Shown here in pieces: positions 37,764 to 48,273 of a stretch of DNA of 64,000 bases. The notes beneath the pieces are model-generated. The model saw only the letters and a list, made by a program, of their open reading frames with translations, did no database searches and was not told the DNA's origin. This DNA comes from an uncultured Legionella sp. (lineage in GTDB: Bacteria > Pseudomonadota > Gammaproteobacteria > Legionellales > Legionellaceae), in contig CAZNVR010000001.1 of assembly GCA_964576655.1 (NCBI GenBank), forward strand, positions 26,637-90,636. Reading direction: 5' to 3'. Position numbers and translations under genes: made by a program. Every line of letters starts with the position of its first letter. Within the stretch, counting starts at the first letter, position 1.

Positions 37764-39415
37764 TATTCAACTTTCATTAATTGTGGTTTTGTAAATTTCA
37801 TATTCTTTACTAGCGATTTTGTAATAGAATCTATTGATTGATTATCTGTAGAGCCACTACTGTTCGCAGAATCAAATGACGATAATTCATCAATAGCAGG
37901 ATCCGATTGTGCACCATCTGGTTGATCTATTGTTGTATTATTCATCAGCATTTGAATATAATTGCTATCACGTATAATATCGCCACCATCAATAGGATCT
38001 AAATCAAATTCTGCACGAACTTCATTTATTGTTTTATATGTAATGGTTTCTTTCTCTATACGATCTAATTCATTCTTTTTTGACTCAACATCGAGTCCGC
38101 AAAATATAAATTCATATTTTTCATAAAGTTGTGGATTATAACGATGTAATAATTTTTCATTCATTATACATTCAAAAAATTTCAATAGAGGCCATAAACC
38201 ACGAATTCGTGAGTCAGTCAACACGCTATCATGTTTGGCTCCTGAATCACTTAGAGATGGACCCTGAGATTTAGTTATATCAAAATTAATTTCTTGCGGT
38301 GCTATTGAATAAAGAGCGCAGATTAATTTAATAAGATATTCAGTCCATGCAGACCATTCCATATCTCTATTTGTAGCTTGTAATGGTATCCAATTAATTT
38401 TTTCACCACCAGCTAAAATTGGTGTACGCCAAGAGTTTTGAGTTCCTGAAAGTTGTTCACGCCATTGACGTCGAAATGCTTCTAAATGATGTGAAGGAAT
38501 ATCGCCTTGAATATGTAAAATTCCACGGCTCGCAAATCCTTGAATAAAAAATAACCTATTATGAGCTTCAGCGAATAAATGGTAACTCACAATATTCGCT
38601 AATAATTCTAAAGGACCAACAGAATAGCCATTAGCTTCTAAATCAGTAACAGGATTTAACATAGCTAAGATCATTTCATCATCAAAAAATCCTCTAATTA
38701 TTTGACCTTGATGAATTTGTACTAATTTATAATTCTCATCTTTTTTCGCATCATTTTTAAGAATCTCTTCTTCATGCTGACGATCCTTTTCATCATAAAA
38801 TTGATTACTTGAAGAACTACCCGCAATAATATCTTTTTGTTTAGCTAAATTTTTTGATGCCCAACGTAAAGATCCTGATGCAGCAGGAACAAAATATGCT
38901 AGAGTGCCGTCTTTTGCTGCAATAGTTTCAATCCCAACTTGATCATAGATTAATACATCACGTGTCAACATGCCTAAAAAATCCATAAAAAACATTTTTG
39001 TATTATCAGGACGACCTTCATGATTTCCAGTTGATAAAATCCAATTTTCAAGATCCTTCATGGTTTCTTTTTCTTCATCAGTAGGGGTCGCATCTTTATC
39101 ACGCAACACAATTTTAAATCCAACATCATATTTTGTCGGCTGTAGTCGAGCAAAAGATTTAATTTGATTAACACGAGTCATTATAATGGCTGATACAATA
39201 GAATCGCGCATTGCCATCTGACGTAATATATCAAATGTAACAGACGAAGCACGCTCTTTATATCCAGCTTCGTTGTCCTCATGTTTCTCTAATCCAGATA
39301 TTGATTTACGTTCAATCACGTACTCCTCTTTAGTATCGAGAGTTTTACGTGCTTTTGCAATATAACTTTGTAAACTAAGATCTAATGCTTTTTTAATATT
39401 TTCAAATATTGCCAT
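37751..39415 (-). CDS. portal protein
   Basis: 554 aa. The call rests on its position between the terminase and the Mu-F-like gene, its size and its acidic C-terminus. There is no motif-level proof. Confidence 0.7.
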   Translation of the reverse strand: MAIFENIKKALDLSLQSYIAKARKTLDTKEEYVIERKSISGLEKHEDNEAGYKERASSVTFDILRQMAMRDSIVSAIIMTRVNQIKSFARLQPTKYDVGFKIVLRDKDATPTDEEKETMKDLENWILSTGNHEGRPDNTKMFFMDFLGMLTRDVLIYDQVGIETIAAKDGTLAYFVPAASGSLRWASKNLAKQKDIIAGSSSSNQFYDEKDRQHEEEILKNDAKKDENYKLVQIHQGQIIRGFFDDEMILAMLNPVTDLEANGYSVGPLELLANIVSYHLFAEAHNRLFFIQGFASRGILHIQGDIPSHHLEAFRRQWREQLSGTQNSWRTPILAGGEKINWIPLQATNRDMEWSAWTEYLIKLICALYSIAPQEINFDITKSQGPSLSDSGAKHDSVLTDSRIRGLWPLLKFFECIMNEKLLHRYNPQLYEKYEFIFCGLDVESKKNELDRIEKETITYKTINEVRAEFDLDPIDGGDIIRDSNYIQMLMNNTTIDQPDGAQSDPAIDELSSFDSANSSGSTDNQSIDSITKSLVKNMKFTKPQLMKVEYWKK

Positions 39416-39417
39416 AA

Positions 39418-39801
39418 TTATATACCTGCAAAAAGACGAACATTCGCTATGGATGCACCGGGAACATTAATCACTAAACTTGTTACTGCACCACGCTTAA
39501 ATAATACACCATCAGAAAGTGTGGGTGTAGAAGGAGATACTTCATTTTTATCTGTAACATCACCATTGAATCGTACATAAATCAATTGATCTGTTTCAAT
39601 ATAAAGCCAATTAATTGAAGCAGCTGGTAAAGATAATGTTGTAACTGTAGTAGCTGGTAATTGCAATATCTGTGATTGCATACTTGATAACGACGATACT
39701 CCAATTGTCTTTGTATAATCAAAATCACGCTGTTGAGGATCGTTTGATGCTTTAACATCAGAATAAACTAACGCATCAATTGTAAATTCAGCTTTAGCCA
39801 T
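39418..39801 (-). CDS. hypothetical beta-rich protein
   Basis: 127 aa, with a promoter-like element plus AAGGAG upstream. Confidence 0.6.
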   Translation of the reverse strand: MAKAEFTIDALVYSDVKASNDPQQRDFDYTKTIGVSSLSSMQSQILQLPATTVTTLSLPAASINWLYIETDQLIYVRFNGDVTDKNEVSPSTPTLSDGVLFKRGAVTSLVINVPGASIANVRLFAGI

Positions 39802-39824
39802 AAAATCTCCTTTTATCTCGCTAT

Positions 39825-39833
39825 ATTATACCA
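39825..39833 (-). promoter_or_regulatory. extended -10 TGGTATAAT upstream of ORF 39418-39801
   Basis: Minus strand reads AGTGGTATAATATAGCGAGATAAAAGGAGATTTT-ATG. Confidence 0.45.
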
Positions 39834-39842
39834 CTAATAATT

Positions 39843-41750
39843 CTAAAAACTCCATGAAAAACCAGATGAACCACCGCCATTTGGATCTTTTGGATCATCT
39901 TTAGGTAATAACTTATTATCGTCAGTTGTTTGAAAATCTTCTCTATTATCAATAAATGATGCACCTACATGTTGTGCTAATTCAACTGCAATAGGTGCTC
40001 GTGTTGGACTATTGGCATTAAATTCATTAAGTGTGGAGTTCAATTGTCCTCTAAAATTTAAATCCCATGTAATTCCACCAAAAATTGTATGAATTACGTA
40101 TCGTGCTTGATCTAATGAGTGATCATTGCGTTTGAAAACTTCAGGCAGAGCAGTTTGTGTACGTTGATCAATTTTATTACGATAATTCGGTACTTCCTCA
40201 CGAAATACTGAACAGACAGGTGCAACAAAAAACATTGTTTCACGACTTCCTGGTAATCTCAAAAGTTTGCGAACTGTTGATATACCTTCACCTACACTTT
40301 TATCAACCTTTTCATGTGTACCCCATCCTGTAGCCTTACGAATTTCTTTTTTACCTCCTGGTGATTCAGGATCTGCTATAACAATATCAACTGGAAGATG
40401 TCCCCAATTTTTCTTTAATTCCGCAGCTACTTCAGAATCTGTATATCCTTGATATGATAACTCATCAACAAAATAAACACGTCCAGATCCGTCAATAAAA
40501 TACAATCCACAGACAGCCAATATGCTAAATCCAAAATCTACACCTACTACACAGCGACATCCAGCCTTAATAAATGCATCAACTAATTCTTTTAATTCAA
40601 TATCCCAACGTTTAGGACGACCAGATGAATCAGGTATCGTATCAGGATGAGGAGATCCATGAAAAATCTGCCACATCTGAGCGTATATCTTAACATGTAT
40701 CGTCTCATCCCACATGCCATAGATCAATCCTGTGGTCGATGGTTTTCGATTTAAGCGTTGACTTTTAAAGAAGTCTGGATTATCAGTTTTGAAAAAACTC
40801 TTTGCAATTTCAATTGGTTGAAGATGAGGATTACCAGCATCTTGATTTGGCAAACGACCTTGACAAAATGAAAAAATCCCACACTTAAGGCAATTCTCAT
40901 ATCCGTTCATTTTTGCATATTTATCTTGATCAGATAATGATAAATGAGCATATTCATCAGATGAAATTGCAATTAAATCTTCTTCATTTACATAAATATT
41001 TTCATTAGCATTACCATGACGTTCAGAAGTGCATTGTTCTGTTGTTTCTAAAATTCCCCATTTGTATATTTTAAGCGGAAAATCAACATCTTTCGCCGAC
41101 TTATCAATCATGTTTTGAATATTTCCAATGGCAAATTTACGAGATGAAATAGCAATATTTAAAGGCATACGACCTTGTTGTGCACTCAGCATACCTTTAG
41201 ATTCATCAAAAATTATTTTTGGTGTAAGATCGACCTCATCCTGAACCAAAGATCCATGAAATGAGTTTACACTATCCATCGTAGCAGTACCGATTTTTAA
41301 TTGTTTATTAAAACGTGAAATTGTTTCACGCATAGTTGGATCGCTGCTTGTAATACCATTCATAATTGGTTTAGTTAAAATATTCTTAAAATACTGATAT
41401 GTTACATATGACTGCTCTTTAATAGATGCCATATGAAACCAATCACGAAATTGATCATGTGTCAACAATAATGCTTCAATAACTGCACAACATAGACTTT
41501 TTTGTGAACCGCGTGCCGCCATTCCTAGAAAATTAAAAACTGGCGCAGGATTAAAGCCCATTGCTGTTGAATAAATATCCCAAACAAAATCTAATGGTGA
41601 GGAATTATCAGTATCAATAGGTTTTTTTGCTAAAAAGACATTATAAAAATGTCGTAAATAGTAATCAAGCTCTTCTCGTGTTTTAGGAGCACGATCACGA
41701 AGTTTTAATACACTTTGAAGGATTTTAGTTTTAGATTGAGAATCAACCAT
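39843..41750 (-). CDS. terL: terminase large subunit
   Basis: 635 aa. It has a Walker A-like GMAARGSQKS and a Walker B/DE motif SLVQDEVD. The C-terminal RNase-H-like nuclease has VVGVDFGFS. Confidence 0.85.
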   Translation of the reverse strand: MVDSQSKTKILQSVLKLRDRAPKTREELDYYLRHFYNVFLAKKPIDTDNSSPLDFVWDIYSTAMGFNPAPVFNFLGMAARGSQKSLCCAVIEALLLTHDQFRDWFHMASIKEQSYVTYQYFKNILTKPIMNGITSSDPTMRETISRFNKQLKIGTATMDSVNSFHGSLVQDEVDLTPKIIFDESKGMLSAQQGRMPLNIAISSRKFAIGNIQNMIDKSAKDVDFPLKIYKWGILETTEQCTSERHGNANENIYVNEEDLIAISSDEYAHLSLSDQDKYAKMNGYENCLKCGIFSFCQGRLPNQDAGNPHLQPIEIAKSFFKTDNPDFFKSQRLNRKPSTTGLIYGMWDETIHVKIYAQMWQIFHGSPHPDTIPDSSGRPKRWDIELKELVDAFIKAGCRCVVGVDFGFSILAVCGLYFIDGSGRVYFVDELSYQGYTDSEVAAELKKNWGHLPVDIVIADPESPGGKKEIRKATGWGTHEKVDKSVGEGISTVRKLLRLPGSRETMFFVAPVCSVFREEVPNYRNKIDQRTQTALPEVFKRNDHSLDQARYVIHTIFGGITWDLNFRGQLNSTLNEFNANSPTRAPIAVELAQHVGASFIDNREDFQTTDDNKLLPKDDPKDPNGGGSSGFSWSF

Positions 41751-42415
41751 TATGGATCTTTATCCTCATTATTATCAACTAATTGACTTAGTTTTAATAA
41801 ATCATCATCGTCTTTTTTTGCTTCACTAAATTCTGCATCAATGACACCAGATGCTTTGCGTACTAAATCTTGAGTTGATGCTTCAGACAATAACTGTAGC
41901 ATTTGCCGTGCAACTCCATCAGGAAGGGGTGTTGACAATAATTGATCAGCACGCTTAATACTAATAGCATTCTTTTCAACGCCTCCCGATACTACGAAGT
42001 CATGGAGTTTGTATAAAATGTCAATATCCTTCATCGAAGAAGGCACCCAATCTGGATGTTTAGATGGATTTTTAAGGTAGTCTTGGTAGCCACGCTGCAC
42101 AATATCAGAGGTGAGTGACATAATTACATGTAATGTTTTAATCTTTTCAGAAGTAAATAATTCAATTTCTTCATCAATTCCTTCTCGTACTTTGCTTAGA
42201 ATTTTTTCACGACGTTCTTTCCATGCATATTGCAACATACTACGATATAATGAAGACATGGAAAATTCTTCGGCAGTACCTTCATATAGACCTACGAGTT
42301 CTTCTAAACTCTTACCCATCATCCAAAGTTTAAAAAGAATTTCGTTAAGCCGGGCATCGATCGCCATCTGATGTCTGCTCAATCGACGTTTCTTTGGCAA
42401 GTTGCTGTCGGACAT
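41750..42415 (-). CDS. possible terminase small subunit
   Basis: 221 aa. It sits immediately upstream of terL with a 1-nt overlap, and has a basic N-terminus and an acidic C-terminus. The call is positional only. Confidence 0.4.
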   Translation of the reverse strand: MSDSNLPKKRRLSRHQMAIDARLNEILFKLWMMGKSLEELVGLYEGTAEEFSMSSLYRSMLQYAWKERREKILSKVREGIDEEIELFTSEKIKTLHVIMSLTSDIVQRGYQDYLKNPSKHPDWVPSSMKDIDILYKLHDFVVSGGVEKNAISIKRADQLLSTPLPDGVARQMLQLLSEASTQDLVRKASGVIDAEFSEAKKDDDDLLKLSQLVDNNEDKDP

Positions 42416-42710
42416 AATATTGAAATTTTATCCTTATCGTATAATTTGGAATATATTCAGAATATAGCGCCTTTAGTTGATTTACAATTTTTTGCTTATT
42501 CGCAAACTTAAGGTTAAACCATCCTAAATACAATGTTGCATCAATGTTTTTATTGTTTGAATCGATAGTAAAGTGTACATTTTTAATTTTTGTACATGCA
42601 CACATCGTTACGAGGACTAAGTTATTCTTTTGAAAATCACTTAAGATACCGAATGATCTTAAGAACTCATCACTATACATTGCATTGCTTAAATTTATAG
42701 GATCAGTCAT
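42345..42710 (-). CDS. hypothetical protein
   Basis: 121 aa. Confidence 0.55.
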   Translation of the reverse strand: MTDPINLSNAMYSDEFLRSFGILSDFQKNNLVLVTMCACTKIKNVHFTIDSNNKNIDATLYLGWFNLKFANKQKIVNQLKALYSEYIPNYTIRIKFQYYVRQQLAKETSIEQTSDGDRCPA

Positions 42711-43260
42711 TCGCTGTTCCTTTCAGATAGGCCAAGCCCAAAAGAACGGCGTCAGCCTTGTCGTTATCTTTCATTTTATAATTCAATTGATAAAGATCAT
42801 TAACTAACCGTACGGCTAAATGTTTTTTATTAATTTTTCCGCGTCCACCATCTTTTTTTAAATTGGCATTGTGTTTTTTATCTTCTTTCGACATCTTAAG
42901 ACCTACAAGTGATCGCCATTGTGAAGAATCAAGATATATAGGATATTTTTGTAACTGTTGAAGAATCATAATAATAACTTGAAAGTGCAACCATTCAAGA
43001 AGTTTTTGTGTATAACGAGATCGACCTTTATTAGTTTGCTCAATTACAACTTCATCTATATTATACAAGATAATAAGTTTTTGAATTGTGAAACTTAAGG
43101 TATAGGCCGCGAAAATCATAGCAGCTGTTGAATCAATGCTAAAATTTTTATAATCAATATCAGAATCTTTACAGTTAATAATACCAGTATGCTTTAAATT
43201 ACCATCTTCAAAAAATGCCCAACCTGTATTAGTACTAATATCAAGAGCCAATAGTTTCAT
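42703..43260 (-). CDS. RuvC-like Holliday junction resolvase
   Basis: 185 aa with LLALDISTNTGWAFF, VVIEQTN and DKADAVLLGLAY (catalytic D/E/D pattern). Confidence 0.75.
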   Translation of the reverse strand: MKLLALDISTNTGWAFFEDGNLKHTGIINCKDSDIDYKNFSIDSTAAMIFAAYTLSFTIQKLIILYNIDEVVIEQTNKGRSRYTQKLLEWLHFQVIIMILQQLQKYPIYLDSSQWRSLVGLKMSKEDKKHNANLKKDGGRGKINKKHLAVRLVNDLYQLNYKMKDNDKADAVLLGLAYLKGTAND

Positions 43261-45101
43261 TTAATCACACTAATTCCATCTTGTTTTTCAATTCGTATTA
43301 CATTATCAAAAGCAGTCACAAAATCACTCGCATGATCAATTACTAAAATACAATCACGTTTAGTAGATAATTCTTGCAATAAAGTCATGCATTTAACTTT
43401 ACCTTCAGTATCTAGGCCATCAAATACTTCATCAAAAAAAGCTATATTAAAAGATTTGTTCGATCGACTAGCAATAATATCAGCGAGCGCTAAATTAATG
43501 GCAAAGATTAATCTACGCTCTTCACCACCTGAAAAATTACCTAATGCTACTTCAATATTGTCTTTAAGGAATTGTGTTGTAAATGTTTGCTTTACATCAC
43601 CTTTTGCCGTTGTAGATTCAGATAAGAATCTTAGTCTAACATTTTGATCGAAAAGCTTAGTTAAATAATTATTGACTCTTGTATTTAGTTCATTCACAAC
43701 TGTATCAAAGACATATGACTTTATTCCTTTATTGCTAAAAACTGCTTGCAAAAAAGTCAGATTAGTAATGGCTATAGTTTGATCTGATATAGTTTGTTGA
43801 TCAAGAAGAAATTTTTGATTCTTTTCAATCAACTGCACTTCATTCTTTTGCATCATTGATTGATATGGATTTGTTTCTGCTTGTAGAGTGATGATAGCAT
43901 TTTCTAATACTGGAATTCTAGATTGTACATTATTAATAGTAGTTGCTGTTGCTTTAATATCGTATTGGCAAGCTTGTAAAGATGTACGTAATTCTTGTTC
44001 ATGGCTGTTTAATTGTGATCGTTGCGCAGTTAATTCTGCTCGATTAGGCAAAGTCCTTAAGTCGTCGTGATCAATATTTAATGCTTCATTAATTACTATA
44101 ATATTCTTTTCAATATCAGATCTTTGATTCTTTAAAAGTTCAAAATCAACATTTTGACGACATGTCGGACAGATAGGTGTCGTTACTTCTAATGAGCTAA
44201 GATTTGATGATTCATAACGTAGTTTGGTCTTTAATTCCGTTATATCAGTTTCAATACGACGATATTCATCTTCAAAAATATCTAATGCTTCAATTTTCTT
44301 TGGTTTTTCAGATGTTAAAAAAGTATTTAGACGCGTCTCTATAGATTGAATTAATGATGTAGATTCATTTTGTTTTTGTGTTAATGTCGCAATATTCGTA
44401 CGAATATTATTAATTTCAAGATTTAGATTCTGTATTTTTTGTTTTTGTTCTTCGTTATAATATTTACTTTGTGTTTTAAGATCAATATTCTGTGCATTAA
44501 GTGAATCAATAATACTTTTATCAGCAGCATTTTGTGATTTTAATATCATAAATGATGCTTCAACATCTTTTAACTTACGATGCGCTAAATCTTCAGCCTT
44601 ATCAAAAATTTTTAAATTTAATAAATCCGTTAAGATTTGTTTTTTCTGCTCATCATTAGCAACTAAAAAATTAGTAGATTGCTGTGCAAAATAGATACTG
44701 TTGATAAATGTTGAATAAGTAAGGCCCAATGTATTTTCTATAAGCTTTTGTGTCTTACGAACATCAACATCATGTGTAGCTATATCATTAACAAAGAATT
44801 TCAATATATTAGGAGAACGACCACGAATAATTTTATAGATGTGATTATTATCTTCAATTAAAAGCTCAACAGTACAATCGTGAGGAGCTTTTTTATTAAT
44901 CACATCATCAAGTTTTATTGACTTCGGTAGATCGCCAAATAATGCAAAACAGACGCTATTGAGTAATGCAGATTTACCACTACCATTGCTGCCTTGTTCA
45001 TCGGTATTATGCCCCTCGATAAGACAGAGTCCTCGATCAAAAGTAAACTCTAATGATAAATAGGACCAAAAATTTTGAGCTTTAATGCTAATGATCTTCA
45101 T
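43257..45101 (-). CDS. SbcC/Rad50-like ATPase (T4 gp46-like)
   Basis: 614 aa. Walker A is GSNGSGKSALLNS, followed by a long coiled coil with CPTC. The signature is FSGGEERR and Walker B is FFDEVFDGLD. Confidence 0.85.
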   Translation of the reverse strand: MKIISIKAQNFWSYLSLEFTFDRGLCLIEGHNTDEQGSNGSGKSALLNSVCFALFGDLPKSIKLDDVINKKAPHDCTVELLIEDNNHIYKIIRGRSPNILKFFVNDIATHDVDVRKTQKLIENTLGLTYSTFINSIYFAQQSTNFLVANDEQKKQILTDLLNLKIFDKAEDLAHRKLKDVEASFMILKSQNAADKSIIDSLNAQNIDLKTQSKYYNEEQKQKIQNLNLEINNIRTNIATLTQKQNESTSLIQSIETRLNTFLTSEKPKKIEALDIFEDEYRRIETDITELKTKLRYESSNLSSLEVTTPICPTCRQNVDFELLKNQRSDIEKNIIVINEALNIDHDDLRTLPNRAELTAQRSQLNSHEQELRTSLQACQYDIKATATTINNVQSRIPVLENAIITLQAETNPYQSMMQKNEVQLIEKNQKFLLDQQTISDQTIAITNLTFLQAVFSNKGIKSYVFDTVVNELNTRVNNYLTKLFDQNVRLRFLSESTTAKGDVKQTFTTQFLKDNIEVALGNFSGGEERRLIFAINLALADIIASRSNKSFNIAFFDEVFDGLDTEGKVKCMTLLQELSTKRDCILVIDHASDFVTAFDNVIRIEKQDGISVIK

Positions 45102-45155
45102 TTTAAATGTACTCCTATTTAATAAAAAAACTCTTCCTTAATTAACGTCCTATAT

Positions 45156-45344
45156 TTAAACGATTTTTGTAAAATCTAGACCTGTATTATTTAAAACAAA
45201 TGATGGGATTCCATGTGTTATTTTTGTCATTTTACATACATGCTTTATAACAGATTCAAGTGTTTTGATTCTTCTTTCAAGAGTCTTTATTTTCTTTTGA
45301 TGCCAAGTTAATTTTTTCTTTTTATTTAATACTAGAGATTTCAT
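45156..45344 (-). CDS. hypothetical basic protein
   Basis: 62 aa. Confidence 0.5.
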   Translation of the reverse strand: MKSLVLNKKKKLTWHQKKIKTLERRIKTLESVIKHVCKMTKITHGIPSFVLNNTGLDFTKIV

Positions 45345-45688
45345 TTTTCATCCCACACAGTTCTTTTTTTACCATCTTTTAATAATGTAGTACGATTAAC
45401 ATCGGTAATACCATGTTTTTCAATATATTCACCAACATTCTGCTTCATATCATCGCGTGAACGCTTTTTAAGAATGGATTGAATATTACGACGCACTTGT
45501 TTCCCATGATATTGACTACCTGTTTCCATCACTGTTGGTTCTGATATTGAAGTAATAATACGAGACATTATGCCATTCGAACACAATGTATTTGTACATG
45601 TCAATGCTAACTCATCACGCTCTTTCATAGAAAGTTTGATAACCTCAATACGACTGCATATAGGGCATTTAAATTTATATAGAGGCAT
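45341..45688 (-). CDS. FmdB-like zinc-ribbon protein
   Basis: 115 aa with MPLYKFKCPIC...C..C. Confidence 0.55.
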   Translation of the reverse strand: MPLYKFKCPICSRIEVIKLSMKERDELALTCTNTLCSNGIMSRIITSISEPTVMETGSQYHGKQVRRNIQSILKKRSRDDMKQNVGEYIEKHGITDVNRTTLLKDGKKRTVWDEK

Positions 45689-46709
45689 CTTTTAAGAAAG
45701 CTAGTCCATCCTCAAGAAGATCAGACTTACCTTTAATTTCCAAATATTGTGATAATAATTGTTCTAAAGAGGATCCTTCTTTTAACCTAACGTTCCGCGT
45801 ATTATCAATGATGTCATATTTTACTCTTAAGGTGATATTTGTAGTTGATAATTTAGATAAAATAAAATCAGAATTATAGGTAGCAATCTCGTCAGATGTA
45901 CAATGAATGATCGTTTCTACTAAATCACCATCTTTAATAGCATTCAGATATGGCTCAGAATCAGCATTGAAGGCGCTATTAATAGATGACCAATGAATCG
46001 AATAATGTTGTGGCAAAAATTTACCTGTATCCACGAGAGTCAAATTAGATGTATTGACATCGAAGACGCCAATGTGCTTAAAATGATTTGTTTCACCAAA
46101 TGAATGACTAAAGGGTGTACCTAAATAAATAACATTAGCATCGGCTTGTGGTTTATGATAATGGCCTACAATGAATTTTAATGTCTTAGGTAAGTCATTG
46201 GTAGTAATGCCAGTTTTATCTAAAAAACCACTACCTAAATCAAAACCGGCTAAGCCTTGATGACAGAATACAGTCTGAATATTGTTGCAATCCTTAATAG
46301 TTTCAATATCTTTTAAGAATAATTCATTAGTAGGACGAAATGGAACAAACGCGCAACTAAGATCGTTATGACAAAATAATTCATTATAGATAAAGACATT
46401 ATTAATAAGATTTAATGGTGTTAAAGAATTTTGATGACATTGCAAATTTTCATAATCATGATTACCAACTATAATATGTGTATAGACTTTTGATCTTCTC
46501 GATATATCAGATAAATGCTCAATTAAGAAATTTTGTGCTTCAGAACGAATAATCGCTTTTGTATCATATATATCACCCAAAAAGATCAAATCGGTAATAT
46601 CATACTCAACAATCCATTTTGCTATTAATTCAAAAAGAATTTGAGCAATATTTAAATTAGCAACTTTTAAATGCAAGTCACCGATTATCAATAATTTTTT
46701 CTTCTCCAT
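45675..46709 (-). CDS. SbcD/Mre11-like nuclease (T4 gp47-like)
   Basis: 344 aa with IGDLHL, LGDIYD, VGNHD and VGHYH phosphoesterase motifs. Confidence 0.85.
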   Translation of the reverse strand: MEKKKLLIIGDLHLKVANLNIAQILFELIAKWIVEYDITDLIFLGDIYDTKAIIRSEAQNFLIEHLSDISRRSKVYTHIIVGNHDYENLQCHQNSLTPLNLINNVFIYNELFCHNDLSCAFVPFRPTNELFLKDIETIKDCNNIQTVFCHQGLAGFDLGSGFLDKTGITTNDLPKTLKFIVGHYHKPQADANVIYLGTPFSHSFGETNHFKHIGVFDVNTSNLTLVDTGKFLPQHYSIHWSSINSAFNADSEPYLNAIKDGDLVETIIHCTSDEIATYNSDFILSKLSTTNITLRVKYDIIDNTRNVRLKEGSSLEQLLSQYLEIKGKSDLLEDGLAFLKDASI

Positions 46710-47769
46710 CAGAGGTCTCCATGATGATTTTAATCATCTTTGTTTGAAGGTCGAGATCATTAGCGATACAGGTGGTCATGGCTTCTTCGCCAACACCAAG
46801 TTTTTGTTCACCAAAAAAGTATGTATTGCCTTCTTTATTTAATATTCCTAATGATTTACCCAAGACTGCAATTTCATTTGCTTGATTAATAATTCCTTTA
46901 TTATAGTGTAGATCGAATTCTGCTATTCTAGGAGGACCAAAACGATTCTTTTTCGTCTTAACACGGACACGATGACCTATTTGACTATTAGAATCGTTCA
47001 TGTTTTTAAAATTTTCATCGACAATTCGTGATGCTTTAGATTGAATAGCTTCAAATAATAGCTCGACATCTAAGTTATGACCAAAAGCTTTACCACCTGT
47101 ACGTCTGTATTTTTCACCAGTATATGCAGCACTTGGATCAAGATTATCCCTTACTTGACTAATAAAGATCCATGGAATTCCCATAAAGCCATCAGATAAA
47201 CGTGGTTTACATGGAGAACTAATAAGTCGTAAAGCTTTCGGCAAATAAGCAGATAAATCACCCATTAAAAAATTTTCTGTTGACTTGGCTTGAGCTTCTT
47301 TAGGGGGTACAATTGTTTGTAAACTATCAACAACACAACCTGCAACCTTTAATCCATCTTGAACTAATCCTAAAACATTATTAACAAAATAATCAAATAT
47401 CTCTGCACCTGTAGGTGGATCAGATCTACGAACAATTAATCGTTTTGCATCCTCTTCATTTGGTAAAAAAATACTCTTAAAATGTGGACTAAAACTATGT
47501 TCACAATCAAACCAAAATGCCACTGACTCTTTATCTTTTTTAAGCATTTCAGCAATACAATGCATTGCCATAAAACTCTTACCACTCTGTTCAGGTCCAA
47601 GAAAACAATAAAAACCACCTGAACGTATTCCACCATTAAGTGCCCAATTTAAAGCATGAGATCCAATTGCGACAGGTTCTGGATATTTAATATCTTCAGC
47701 AGGAGCATTTGAAGGATCATTGTAAAGCTTATCTAATAATTTACTCATAGCTTTTTTATCAGTTGTCAT
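46678..47769 (-). CDS. RecA/UvsX-family recombinase
   Basis: 363 aa. Walker A is FLGPEQSGKS (RecA has GPESSGKT). Walker B region is CVVDSLQTIVPPKE (RecA has VVDSVAALTPKAE). Confidence 0.75.
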   Translation of the reverse strand: MTTDKKAMSKLLDKLYNDPSNAPAEDIKYPEPVAIGSHALNWALNGGIRSGGFYCFLGPEQSGKSFMAMHCIAEMLKKDKESVAFWFDCEHSFSPHFKSIFLPNEEDAKRLIVRRSDPPTGAEIFDYFVNNVLGLVQDGLKVAGCVVDSLQTIVPPKEAQAKSTENFLMGDLSAYLPKALRLISSPCKPRLSDGFMGIPWIFISQVRDNLDPSAAYTGEKYRRTGGKAFGHNLDVELLFEAIQSKASRIVDENFKNMNDSNSQIGHRVRVKTKKNRFGPPRIAEFDLHYNKGIINQANEIAVLGKSLGILNKEGNTYFFGEQKLGVGEEAMTTCIANDLDLQTKMIKIIMETSDGEEKIIDNR

Positions 47770-48272
47770 TATGAAACACCTCGTTCAGCTGTACGCATAT
47801 CAATCTGTTTTTTGATCCACATGTGCTTTTGCAAAAAAGAATCGCGTTTGTGATCAAGCCATTCGACAAACGCTTGCCAACCGTCACGAAGATTTTTACT
47901 TTTTACAAAATCAGCATTTTGATCAATCCATTTTTCTCTACTTGAATGACTGTCTTTCATACCTGCGACTTCTAAAGCATCACCAGCCTCTTTAAAATAA
48001 AGATCTGCTGATTGCTTGTCATATTGAACATGCGCAAATTTTGCAAATCTTTTTGCAATATATGCATAGTCTGCTGCAAGATCCATTGCACGAATTGTTT
48101 CTAATCCTAACATCTCAAAGTCTTGATCTTTAAGATGTTGAATTTCATTAAATTTTGATTCATAATGAAGCATTCTTGTAATATCAACAAAATCTGGTGA
48201 CATTACAAAAAACAACTCATTTAATTTAGGCAACATACTAACAGTTAATTCAAGATTTTGAATTTCGCTCAT
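47769..48272 (-). CDS. hypothetical protein (between SSB and recombinase; mediator position)
   Basis: 167 aa. No motif recognised. Confidence 0.6.
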   Translation of the reverse strand: MSEIQNLELTVSMLPKLNELFFVMSPDFVDITRMLHYESKFNEIQHLKDQDFEMLGLETIRAMDLAADYAYIAKRFAKFAHVQYDKQSADLYFKEAGDALEVAGMKDSHSSREKWIDQNADFVKSKNLRDGWQAFVEWLDHKRDSFLQKHMWIKKQIDMRTAERGVS

Positions 48273-48273
48273 A